The position numbers were made by a program, and so were the translations under genes. A model generated the notes under the pieces. It was not told where the DNA came from and did no database searches. It was given only the letters and a program-made list of their open reading frames with translations. From positions 1 to 56,513 of the forward strand of contig RHPI01000560.1 of assembly GCA_009103225.1 (NCBI GenBank): a stretch of 56,513 nucleotides of DNA, read 5' to 3'. This document shows positions 1 through 10,737 of this stretch, piece after piece. This DNA comes from Chlorokybus atmophyticus (taxonomy: Eukaryota; Plantae; Mesostigma and Chlorokybus algae). Position 1 is the stretch's first letter. Each line of letters opens with the position of its first letter.

Positions 1-785
1 CCGTTTGCCAAGGACTTGCTGGGAGTGATTGTCAACCCAGACACGCGGTGAGAATAAGCGCCAAGAATATCTTGCTGAATTGCTGTTGTATTTGCAAACT
101 GGAATTATTTTAATTGTCCACAGGACTCACTGGAGTCTGCTGCTTGTGTGCAATCCTGGAGGCCAACTTGGAAGTGACACGCCGCCTTTACTCGTCCATC
201 TCGACTCCCTTGGCCTGCATCGCAACGTTGATGGACCTATGCGCGCTTACCTTGACTACATGTGGGGCAGAAAGCATGGAAGTGACTCACAACGACGCTT
301 CTCTCCCGAAAACGTACAGCTTCTTGTACCACAGGTAGCACACGTTGCATTGCACTAGTGATGAGTTTGCATGCATTCTGTCACAAGCACTGATTGGATG
401 CATGCACATGCATTTGGTTTGCAAGCATTGACACATGTTTGTGCAGGTCCCTCAGCAGAAGGATGGAGTTGCGTGCGGGTTGTTTGTCATGCTTTATCTT
501 GACAAGTTTATAGATGGGGTACAAGCTGGTCCAATTGACCCAAACGCACGGATATTTCAACAGGTACAGTTCATGCATGTGCACTGCAATGTTTACAAGT
601 GGAAGGTGCTTCAATGGCACTGTCGTGTAGGCCGACACGTGCTTAGTAACCACATGTTATTGCTGTGTGGTTGTGTGCAGATGCAAAGGAGTTGGTTTCA
701 TCCTCAAGTGGCAGACAGGTTGAGAAGACGATTGCGAACACTCATGGACAGTATGTTAGCACAGCAAAGACATGAGTTGAGCTAG
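1..785 (+). CDS. Ulp1/C48 SUMO-protease catalytic domain, 3' part of a spliced gene (exons <=1-47, 124-334, 447-563, 681-785)
   Basis: GT-AG splicing joins FAKDLLGVIVNPDTR-THWSLLLV...LVHLDSL...VPQQKDGVACGLFV...WFHPQVADRLRRRLR*. This gives the His, Asp, oxyanion Gln and Cys motifs of C48 proteases in the right order; all junctions are in frame. Confidence 0.88.
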
Positions 786-949
786 TAGTAGCAGGTGGTG
801 TGTAGCATAGCAATGCTGTAGTCCATATCAGAGCTGTCCCCCACCATCAACTCAAACCAGCTGTGTAGAATTGCTGAGCAACTCTGGCTTTGACATATAC
901 TAGACTGTATATTAGAATTAGCAGTGCAATCTACTTGGTTTTCAATCAC

Positions 950-1586
950 ATTCGGGACTTGGCCAAAATGAGAGTATATGTTTATTCGTGTGGGGTTGAA
1001 TATTCACTCACAGCTAGGAGTTAGTGCAAAACGTATTGCTTGGTTTTGGAATGGTGTTGAAAATTCACTCAAAGCTAGGACTTAGTGTGAATCGTATTGC
1101 GTAGTTTCAGATTGGTGTTGAATGTTCACTCACATCTGTGGCATGAAACTGATGAAGGTTATGAATATACATGTGTGACAAGCTGATCAATTGATTATTC
1201 ACGGGCAGTAGGGACTTGGTGAGTTTAAGCTGTCTGTTATAGCCACAAGCTTATGCCCCTTCATGAATGTTCAGGCGATGTATAGCTGAATATTTAGCAG
1301 AGCACATGCTGTGTCCATTCACAATTGCATGCCTTGAACATTCAATCGATTTCAACTGAATATACGAGGTATATGGGTTTTGAAAGGTGGCATTGATTTA
1401 TCGTGTGGATATTCACGCGATTTATAGGTGAATGTCGCGATTTCGTTTTGGCAGGGATTGCACAAAATGTACGAAAACACTTGAATATTCACTCGATAAA
1501 AAGCTGAAACGGTAAATCCAACGAAGATTCAGTGCGTTTGCCATGAATTTTCAAAAATTCGGGGGTCTCATAATTACCGGTGAATA
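950..1586. mobile_element. Probable DNA-transposon end with subterminal repeats (three 61-bp units containing TTGAAWRTTCACTC at 995, 1056, 1117; further copy near 1482)
   Basis: AT-richer tract with a recurring GAATATTCAC motif. It abuts and truncates the Ty3 MTase ORF at ~1587. Superfamily not assignable. Confidence 0.45.
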
Positions 1587-2544
1587 GTATTTGACAACCT
1601 TTACCCCTGTGTTGAGGACCGCAGCAAGACCGCTGCCAATGCCTCCAAACAGCTCCAACACCGTGATGCCCTGTTGCCTGCGAAAGGTGTGGAACTCCAC
1701 CACTTCGGTGGCCACCATATGGTGGTCCTGCACCTTGATGTGGCTTCGGTAGTTGGGGAAGCGCGTGGTGATCAGTGGATGGCTGAGCAAGACGTGCGCA
1801 TCCACCTGTGCGCGCCAGCGCCGTTCCGCTGGGTCTTGTAATGCTACTTTCACGGTGGCATCCTCCTGCTCCTCGTTGTACGGGGTGGGAGAGGAGTCGA
1901 CGGTCCGACACGGGACCGTGGCACCAGCAGAGACTTGCGTCCGAGCGCCGTCGTATGTGGCCGTTGCAGCCTTCCGTGTGCGGGCGTGGCTGCGTGTGGC
2001 CACGGTAGCCACTTTTCGTTGGGCGTGCGTGCGCGAGACCAACTCGAGAGGCAGGAAACCCTGCACCTCCCCGCCATCCTCATCCCAATGTGGCCGAAAC
2101 CACGCTCGCTCTGTCCAGCAATCGAGGCCCATGCCCACAGGGAAGTTGAAGTCCTGCCCAAGCAGAAAGTCGAAGAAGCCGGCATTGGTGACCACACATT
2201 GCTGGACGATCTCGGTTGTGTGGGTCCAGCCCTGTCAACCGAATGCAAAAGGCCTCCCTGGTGACTCCCATCACCTTATCTCGGCTACCTGTGGCAGTGT
2301 CCAACACGTACGGGCAAGGCACCAAGTCGGAGCTGGTTATACCGAGGGACCGCGCGAGGAAGCGCCCAATGATGACAGGCTGTGCTCCGGTGTCCAACAT
2401 TACTCGCTTAGGTGCCAGACCATTGATGGTAACGTGCTTGTCTTGGTTGGCCACCATGGCAGCATTGGCGTCGATACGCAACCTCTTCATACGAGGTGTC
2501 TGTTCCTCTGACTCAGTTGCCTCAGCTGGAGATGCTGAGCGCAT
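1587..2544 (-). pseudogene. pol N-terminus: aspartic protease followed by C5 DNA methyltransferase motif I (frameshift near 2200, cut at 1587)
   Basis: VMLDTGAQPVIIG; DFLLGQDFNFPVGMGLDCWTERAWFRPHW; GITVLELFGGIGSGLAAVLNTGVKVVKY. Colinear with the pol at 47133-49184. Confidence 0.85.
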
Positions 2545-5500
2545 GGCAGCCAGAGCTCCTCTGCCTGCTGGATCCGGAGAACCCCCTCCTTGCCCTCTCC
2601 CTCTGCCGAACCGACCTTGTCGAGGTGGTTGGTAGACACGGGGGGGGCCTCGGTGCTGGAGGTTCCGGCGCCGGTTGTGGTGGCGGCGCAGGTGGATGAC
2701 GCCTCTGCGAAGCAGGAATCATGCCCGCGGGCGTACCCAGTGGCTGTGGAGGGAACCCCGGCGGACCCGGTGTTTGTGGGCCTGCCTGGCGTTCAGCTTG
2801 CTCCGCGGCGTACGTCCATCGCACAGCATGAGCCGCTTCTCTGACCAATGTCCCTTCCCACGTGGCCGTGGGCTCGGTGTCCGTGTCGGTCCAATGATGA
2901 TATTGAGGCATGGGCTGCAGGTATACGGCGCGTAGTAGCTGTCGCCGCATGTCGTGAGTAATGGTGGGGACTCGTAGGATCCCTGCCATGTAGGCATCCC
3001 ACCTTCCTTGTACCACTCCCACTTCGAGCACAGTCATGGCGCGAGCACGTAGGGTGCGCTGGAGGTCAGTCTGCTGTGCGTGTAGCTCATGAGCAACGGC
3101 GATGCGCCGCCGTTGCCGTGCGGCTTCCACCCCTGGCAGCCGAAGCATTGCCTCTTGCACTCCCTCTAGCGTGTCCGGGGCTGTGGTGGCAGCCTCGTCG
3201 TATGCTTGTCGCAGCGAACGAACGAATGCCCCCAACCATGATGCTCGGTTGCCAAAGGCAAACAGGGGGACAGCAGGGTGATTGGCAACGAGCCATGTCA
3301 CGAGACGAGCTCGAGCGGCGCTGCCCTCTTGCATCCCCATCATCTGTCTTAATGTGTTGCCCTCAGGCCTGTGCAACATGACTGCTTGCCGGATGAGTGC
3401 GGTACGGAGTTGTTGCTCCCCCACCATACCAGCTCCTCCTCGTTGTGTGGTGTCCCCTTGCGGGGTGAGGTACCCTCGCCCTGCATCGCGTTGATCCTCA
3501 GGCATGTCTTCGACCAAAGGAGGCAGCAGCGGGGCGATTACTCCCCTCAATTGTTGCGCCAACGCCCTCGCTTGGTCTGCAACAATTGCGTGTCCCGGCT
3601 GCTCGATGGCGATCATTGTGGGGTGTGCTGTGGTCGGCGCCGTGGAGGCGCTGGCAACATGTGCTGGCGCTATGGTTGGTACGATAACGGCGTGTGCTGC
3701 TTCGTACGCTTGTCGGCGCGCGTCCACTTGGGCAGCTTGGTCCATGCGATACCGATGGGCCTGTTCGAGTGCAGAGAAACGCTCTTGACGACTGCCTGGA
3801 GTGAGCCCCCGGAGAGCGGGATCAGCGCCCAGCGCGATGTCAGACATCGTGACCACGAGGTCTTGGAGTTTGTGTCGCTGGAGGCCGAGTGGGTCCAGTG
3901 GCGAAGGCTCGAAGTCGATTTATTGAGCGGGCATGGGCTGTCGCGATTGACTGGGTGCGCCCTGCAACTGTGCGTGTAATGCCAGGAATAACTGGATGGC
4001 CAGTTCCAACACCGCAGGTCGGCGATAGGTGACCCCGATCAGACGATCCCTCATCTCTGGTGCAGTGCCGGTGAGGATTTCATCCTCGAGCTGCTGTTGT
4101 GTGGGTTCCGGCAGCGTGTGGTATTCTGGCGGTGGTAGGGGCAAGATGCGATCATCGCGTGCCACGCGCGTGGTGCGTTGCCCCCCTGGTCCGTACACAA
4201 TAGTGGTGGGCTCCACGTTGCGTAGAATCGACGCCCAGGCGCGTTCTGCTTGCAGCCCGCGTGGCACTTGCTGTGTGACGTCCAATGCTGGTGGCGGTGC
4301 CGTCCGGCCCTCAGGAAGTGGTGCGGTGGGTATGGCAGCACTACTGGAGGCGATGGTGGTGGCACCTGCCGCAGTCGTCGTCACTGAGGTGGCGGCTGTG
4401 AGGGTGGCAGCAGTTGCGGTTGATGTAGTCGCTCCGATTGAGGCAGGAGTGGTGGATTCACCACTTACGAACCCAACGATCATGGTTGCTGCGGCGTGGG
4501 TGCTCTCCATCACCGGGAACAGCGTGGTGCCAAGAGTGCTGACACCTGCTGTCGTGGTCGGTGTGGACGCCGACGGTGTCGTCGACGGCGTCGTCCCAGC
4601 GGTGGTTGTGGCTGCCGAGGCAGCACCGCTTGTGGCGTCCGACGATGCCGCTGTTGACGACGCGCCAGCTTCCCTACGCGCCCGTCTTGATGGTTGTACG
4701 CGTGACGGCGTGGGAGAGTCCCTATCCCGTTTCGGTGCCATCAATGCCCACCTAGCAGCATAGCAGGCTTGATAGTTCTGCTCCTTGTTTTCCTCCAGCT
4801 GTGCCACGCGCGCCATCAGGGCTGCCACTTGGTCGATAGCCGGTGGATTGGTTGGTGCCTTTACAGCAGCAGCTCCAGCGCGAGAACGTCCCTCAAGTCC
4901 TTTGTGCTGTGGAGGGCGGTTTTTCCCTCTATAGCCAGCTTCTTCCTTGCGGCCGCCAGCGTTGTTGTTGTTGTTGGGGTTGTGGCCACCAGCGTTGTTG
5001 CCGTTGTTGCGACCACCAGCGTTGTTGCTGTTGTTGTGGCCGCCAGCGTGGTTGCTGTTGTTGTAGCCCCCGTTGTTGTTGTGGTTGTTGTGGCCGCGGT
5101 AGCCAACAGCGTTGTTGCTGTTGTTGTAGCTAATTGGGGGCCGCAGCTCAGGGAACTTGAGCCAGCATACTGTCTCCAAGTGTCCCGTCATGTGGCAGTG
5201 GTCGCACACAAGGTTGCCGTAATCTTCGGTGCACTCCTTCTGGTAGTGGCCATGTCGACCACACCGGTGGCATAGCACTGGAGCCACAAGGGCAGCATGA
5301 GCTGACCGTTTATCCTTGTAATGGATGCCTTGCGACTCCCGGCTGCGATCCCGCCGAAGAGGCTCTGCACTTGTGCCTGCCATAGGCCGTGAGGCACTGC
5401 GGTTGGTGTCCAGCACCGCTTTCTCATGCACTGCGCGCTTATGGATGGCTTGTGCAGTCGCGAAAGCTTCCTTGAGGGTGTAGCCAAGGGGCCTGCTGTA

Positions 5501-6556
5501 GTTCAGAGTCAGGCGTGTCGACTCGCTCAGAGCCGCATCCAACTCATTGACGTATATCACTGCAGCAGCCTCCTCACTGACAATCCTGTAGTCAGTGTCC
5601 TTCAGCAGACCTTCCAGTCTGGAGTACAAGCGGAGGGGATCCTCATTGGGCTTGCGTCGGAAGCGTCTCAGCTCCTCAACCTTGCTGGTGGTCTGAGGAG
5701 GGAAGGTGCGGCGCAGGGCAGCGTACAGGTCCTTGAGTGGCGAATCAGAGATGGCAGCATCTACGGAGATGGCTGGTGCGCGCAGTGCTACTGACCCGAG
5801 GGTGAAGGTACTGCCTCCTGCACGAGAGCCAGGTGTTGCCGGAGGTAGAGGAGTACCCCACTCTGCGGCTGCCGCTTGCTGTGCAGCTCTTTGTTCCTCA
5901 ATGATGACGGCAGAACGGTCAAGGATGCGAACTCGACGTGTGGCCTCCTTGGACTCAACTTCTGCAGGGGTCAAGTTGACAAATACCAACTCCGGTTCCT
6001 CCTCCTATGCCTGCTTGAGAGCTGCAGCTATGGACAAGCCTGTTACTGCAACTGAAGTGGCAGGTGGAACGACACCTGTTGGGCGGTGCAGCGATGCAGA
6101 TGCTATGGTGCTGGCAAGCTCGCCATAGCCGTCTACTCGATGCAGTTCAGCAACGGACTTCCAGATATCGTGTGCTGGATAATTAAGATACTGAGCAGCA
6201 ATGTGGAAAGAGATCTCATCTGACCAGTCTTTGTTCTTCAGAGCTTGCTGCCGCATCTTGGAGTGGAACTTGATGATGAACTCATCCAGCGAGGTGGTGC
6301 CGGCACGTCCGGAGAAGCGCAGGGATGTGGTTGAACTGGAAGACTCCATCTCGTTGTCGTCGCTGTCCGATGATAGTGGAGAAGCTTGATGACGAGGAGT
6401 AGAGTGGAGCGGGGTGAAGCCGGAGATGGAGCGCGAGCCTCTGCTGCTGCGGTCGATGCTCCCGTCACTGGTCCGCTCGTAGGTGAGGTTGGTGGTTGGG
6501 CTCCAACTGCTGAGGTCACCCTCGTCTATTGGGGAGAACGGGGTGGGCCTGCTCAT
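2522..6556 (-). pseudogene. Long gag-like ORF1 (~1345 codons, in-frame stops at 6005-6007 and 3920-3922)
   Basis: ORFs 6005-6556, 3920-5989 and 2522-3856 share one frame. Knuckles CHRCGRHGHYQKEC and CDHCHMTGHLETVC. Copy B has GAG where A has TAG at 6005. Confidence 0.8.
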
Positions 6557-6763
6557 ACAGCTGGTGCGATGGTGAAAGTGGATGAAGGGTAGAGTGTTTG
6601 TGTTCTACAATGGGATCTCCAGTGCTGCTATCACCCAACACACTAGCGCTTGTGCGCGCTATGCGATGACGGTGACAACACTGCACTGTGATGTGTACAA
6701 CTACAGATTGCGATGCTGATGTACAGCTTGCAACTACACTCACTTGAGCAAAGAGGGTGACAC

Positions 6764-7371
6764 TGTAAGTCAACAAGCCACTACTATAGGTAGTGCTGTT
6801 TACACAGTTCTTTGCGTGAGTGGGAGAGGAATTACACTGTTAAGTGAGGTGAATGAGCAAGCAACACGTGGATGCTCTGCCCTGACTGATGCCAACAAGC
6901 ACACCGCGACCAAGTACACAAAGCTCACAGCAAGAACAAGCACAGTGCACAAGAACATGCACAGGCTCTCACACGGTGAGGGGATTCTTGGGAACCAGGA
7001 CGGTGTGTTCGTAGTTCAAGTCGCTTCACCAGCTCTTAGCTTTCTCACTTACAGTGTCACCAGCTGATCCGGTGAACACTGTGCCTACTTATACAAGTCA
7101 ACTCATGACTGTCCAAAACATAAGCTAACGGTCATATCGAGGCTATTTCCACAGGAAATGCCCACTCGATATAGAACCGGACTTATAACTGAACTCACAA
7201 CTGAACAGCTACGCGCGGTGCCTATGCAGGCTATGGTCACGAGCTACTCTAGGGACATGACCTAGCTCCTGGTCAGAGGCGCGCGCGGGTTGCCATGCTG
7301 GTAAGCCGGGCGAGGGTCTTGCTGTAGGCATGCCCGATGACGACTGGCATGCTTGGGCGATAGGCATGACA
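6764..7371 (-). repeat. 5' LTR of Ty3 family 1 copy A (608 bp, TG...CA)
   Basis: Begins TGTCATG and ends TTACA on the minus strand; TATA-like TATAAGTA at 7086-7093; near-identical copy at 12112-12717. Confidence 0.8.
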
Positions 7372-10302
7372 CATTGCTCCGCATTTGGTGCTAACAATGC
7401 CTCCTTGTAGGTGCTTGGCTCCTCATTTTGCACACTGGCGACGTGTGCCTTGTGTAGGAAGTCAGGTGCCTTTCTCTCCCTCACTGGGTATCTCCGAGCT
7501 GCGTGCTCCTGCTGTTGGTACGGCTCCTCTGAGCCTGCTACAGCTGAGTCATGCTCACCCTTGTTGTTGATGATGGCCTTGCCTGTAGCCTCCACTGTTT
7601 CAGGATGCTCCGGCTGTGCTGCATCTTCAGGAAAGAAGCCTGCTTCTGGTTGTGATAATCCCTCGTAGAAAACCACCTCTCTGCTCACAATGATCTTCTG
7701 TGTGTCCTCGAGCAAGATCCCGTAAGCCTTGGAACCCGGTTCATAGCCAACAAAGATGCCCTTCTTGCTGACCGGCTCCAGCTTGTGCCTGAGCTGTTTC
7801 GGTACTAGTGCATATGCCGTGCATCCAAACACGCGCATACCACTCACATCTGGTGTGGCTCCATAGAAGTGCTCTCACGGAGTCTTCTGCTCTGAGCTCA
7901 CCGGAGACCTGTTGCGGATGTAGTTGGCAGTGAGTACCGCCTTTTTCCACAAACTGTCTTCCATCTTTGTGTCGTTGAGCATGGCTCGATTACGCTCCAA
8001 AAGTGTCCTGTTGAGGCGTTCAGCTGCTCCATTCTGCTGCGGGGTGTAGGGTGCCGTTGTCTCGTGGCGTATGCCCTTGCTGGCGAAGAACTCCTTCAAC
8101 TCCTTGTTGATGTACTCCCCTCCTCGATCACTCCTCATTGCCTTCATCTTGTTGCCAGACTGGGTCTCCAACAAGGCCACAACTGTGCGCACAGCTCCAG
8201 CAACTTCTGACTTGAGCGTCAATGGAAAGATGATGGACAGTTTGCTGTAGTCGTCGAGGAATGTAGCAAAGTACCTGACCCCTCCCTTTGCCACAATGCG
8301 CATAGGACCACAAACATCCATGTGCACAAGCTCGCAAGGATGCTGACTGCTAGAAGAGGATGATGGGAATGGCATAGCATGCTGCTTTGCAACCAGGCAT
8401 GGTTCACAAAGTGCACCTGATGCATTCTTAAGTTCTTCTGTGCTGAGATGGATGCCCTTGACCATCTTCTCAGCGACAAGGCGAGTGAGGTTGACGTAGC
8501 TGAGATGCCCGGACCTTCGATGCCACAATGTTAGCGACTCCTTGTCCTTCACCACCATGGCTTGAATGTCTCTGTCTTGAGGCTGCTCCACGTGGTAGAG
8601 CCCTCCCGGATCAGCGATTCCAACCATGTGCACGACCCCATCAAGGATGACTGAGCAGCCACCCTTTCGAAATACGATCTCCGCGCCTAAGCGCTCCGCA
8701 ACCCTCACAGAGAATAGACTCGCAATAGCCTTAGGAACATGCAGGACGTTGCGTAACAACACCTCGCGTAGTGTGTTACCAACCTTGCACTGGAGTCGTA
8801 CGTTGCCAACTCCCTCAGCCACCAGTACTTCGCCACCGAAGCCCGCCACCTTGATTGTGGACGTCAGCTTCTTGTAGCCCTCCATCACCTCCTTGTTTGG
8901 TGTGAGATGACAATCGCAGCCAGAGTCCACCACCCAGAAAGCTGTGCCCGCCCTCGAACTGGATGCAGTAAAGGCGACATGTTTCTCCTTGTGTTGGTGC
9001 TCGTTGCCGCTGTTGGTGGTGCTTGCTCTAGGTTGCCCCTGTTGTTTCTTCCTACAGTCCTTCACAATGTGCCCCTTCCAACGACAACAGTGGCATGTGA
9101 GGTCTTTGTAACGAGGATTGCCTGGCTTGTTGCCCTTGTACTTCTCTTCATGGTTGCTCTTCTTTGCGTGCTTGCCGGTGTAGAAGGCGACGGCATCCGC
9201 TTGCTCGTCCTGCTTCACAACCCTCTGCTCCACGGTGAGCAGCTTCGGTAGCACATCGTTCAACGCCAACTCCGATGATGACGTCTCCAGCAGGGTTGCG
9301 ACGACCTCGTACTCTACTGGTAGCCCTGCAACAATGGCCAGCACTACCTCCGTCTCCCCCATGTTGTGACGTTGATGAGGTCCGCCCACAGCTCTCTCGC
9401 GCGCGCAACATACTTTGTGATGGGTTCTGCTGCCTCCTTCCTGAGTGCGCTGAGCTGCTTGCGTAGATGCAACTTTCTGGCATTGTTCTTGGCTCTGAAA
9501 ACGGCTGATAGCTTTTCCCAAGCTTGTCTACCATCTTCACATGCAGTGAGCATGGGAAAGTGATGCGGTTTGCTGTTCAACACAAGCAAAGAGTGTGCTT
9601 CTGCTGAATGCTCTGACCACACAGTGTTCGCTCCTGGTGTTGGTGNAGCAGCTTCGGTAGCACATCGTCCAACGTCAACTCCGATGATGACGTCTCCAGC
9701 AGGGTTGCGACGACCTCGTACTCTGCTGGTAGCCCTGCAACAATGGCCAGCACTACCTCCGTCTCCCCCATGTTGTGGCCGACGTTGATGAGGTCCGCCC
9801 ACAGCTCTCTCGCGCGCGCAACATACTTTGTGATGGGTTCTGCTGCCTTCTTCCTGAGTGCGCTGAGCTGCTTGCGTAGATGCAACTTTCTGGCATTGTT
9901 CTTGGCTCTGAAAACGGCTGATAGCTTTTCCCAAGCTTGTCTACCATCTTCACATGCAGTGAGCACGGGAAAGTGATGCGGTTTGCTGTTCAACACAAGC
10001 AAAGAGTGTGCTTCTGCTAATGCTCTGACCACACAGTGTTCGCTCATGGTGTTGGTGGTGGTGCCTTCGGATCAACGTACTTCCACACCTTCTTGTGGAT
10101 GAGCAAGGCCTTCATCTCCACGCACCATGTGTTGTAGTTGTCGGTGTCCAGCTTTGCAATCTGCCCCTTGTCGTAGGTCGCCTCCATTTCTGTCGAGCCT
10201 GCCTTTCTTGCAGTTGACACCCAAGGCTCTGCTACCAACAAGCTACCGTAGTGTAGAACTACTATGCACACAAGCTAGTCTCACACTCCTCAAGCGCAGT
10301 GT

Positions 10303-10314
10303 GGGCCCATAACC
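10303..10314 (-). promoter_or_regulatory. Copia primer-binding site GGTTATGGGCCC (internal half-tRNA-iMet type)
   Basis: Immediately follows the LTR end TCAACA; matches the PBS known from Drosophila copia and algal Copia elements. Confidence 0.8.
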
Positions 10315-10737
10315 TGTTGAAGGACTAGCATGCGCATGTAGTTGAGGCAAGCATAGACACACAGAGACAGAGCTACTGCCACCAGAGCATACACAAGTCA
10401 CATCACATTCATCTATTACAAGTTGTCCGCTGGTTCTTATACCAGCCAGTTACACACACGTCTACATTTGCAAGCACTGCGTAAGCTATACTCAGCCTTT
10501 TTACGCGCTCTAAGCTGTGTTGTCTTTCTTACAACCAGAGCTTTCCAACAAGCTCTTACACGTCTAATATGAGTCAGTATACGCGGATTCGAAGCAATTA
10601 GTAAGGCTCCAGTCTGGAGTCCGGAGTCTGGTCCGACGACGCCATCTTGCTAAGTCCGGACCTAGTGCTCGTCCTTACGACCTTCTACTCCTGTGTGGAG
10701 GGTCGATGCTGATCGTATGTAGGAATGACTCTCAACA
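10315..10737 (-). repeat. Copia 5' LTR (423 bp, TGTTGA...TCAACA)
   Basis: Inverted 6-bp termini; PBS on one side; Ty3 gag of copy B resumes at 10738. Confidence 0.85.

Larger units (their letters stand above)
1587..7371 (-). mobile_element. Ty3/Gypsy LTR retrotransposon family 1, copy A (5' LTR, gag-like ORF1, protease, start of C5 methyltransferase; truncated)
   Basis: LTR, two CCHC knuckles, DTG protease and MTase motif I occur in order on the minus strand. It interrupts the Copia ORF at ...APNAEQ(W). Confidence 0.88.
7372..10737 (-). mobile_element. Ty1/Copia element (5' LTR, gag, protease, integrase), interrupted before RT by Ty3 copy A
   Basis: NYNTWCVEMKALLIHKKVW, AWEKLSAVF gag, CHCCRWKGHIVKDC, WVVDSGCDCHLT, LWHRRSGH/CEPC, HMDVCGP, RSDRGGEY, QQNGAAERLNRTL. 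Confidence 0.95.

Noticed and set aside
4029-5275. Plus-strand Val/Ala-rich ORFs
   Set aside because: Antisense shadows of low-complexity Asn/Thr-rich gag sequence.
9230-10065. Tandem duplication of Copia gag as a real rearrangement
   Set aside because: Two ~415-bp near-identical segments are joined by a single N (9646), typical of an unmerged contig overlap.
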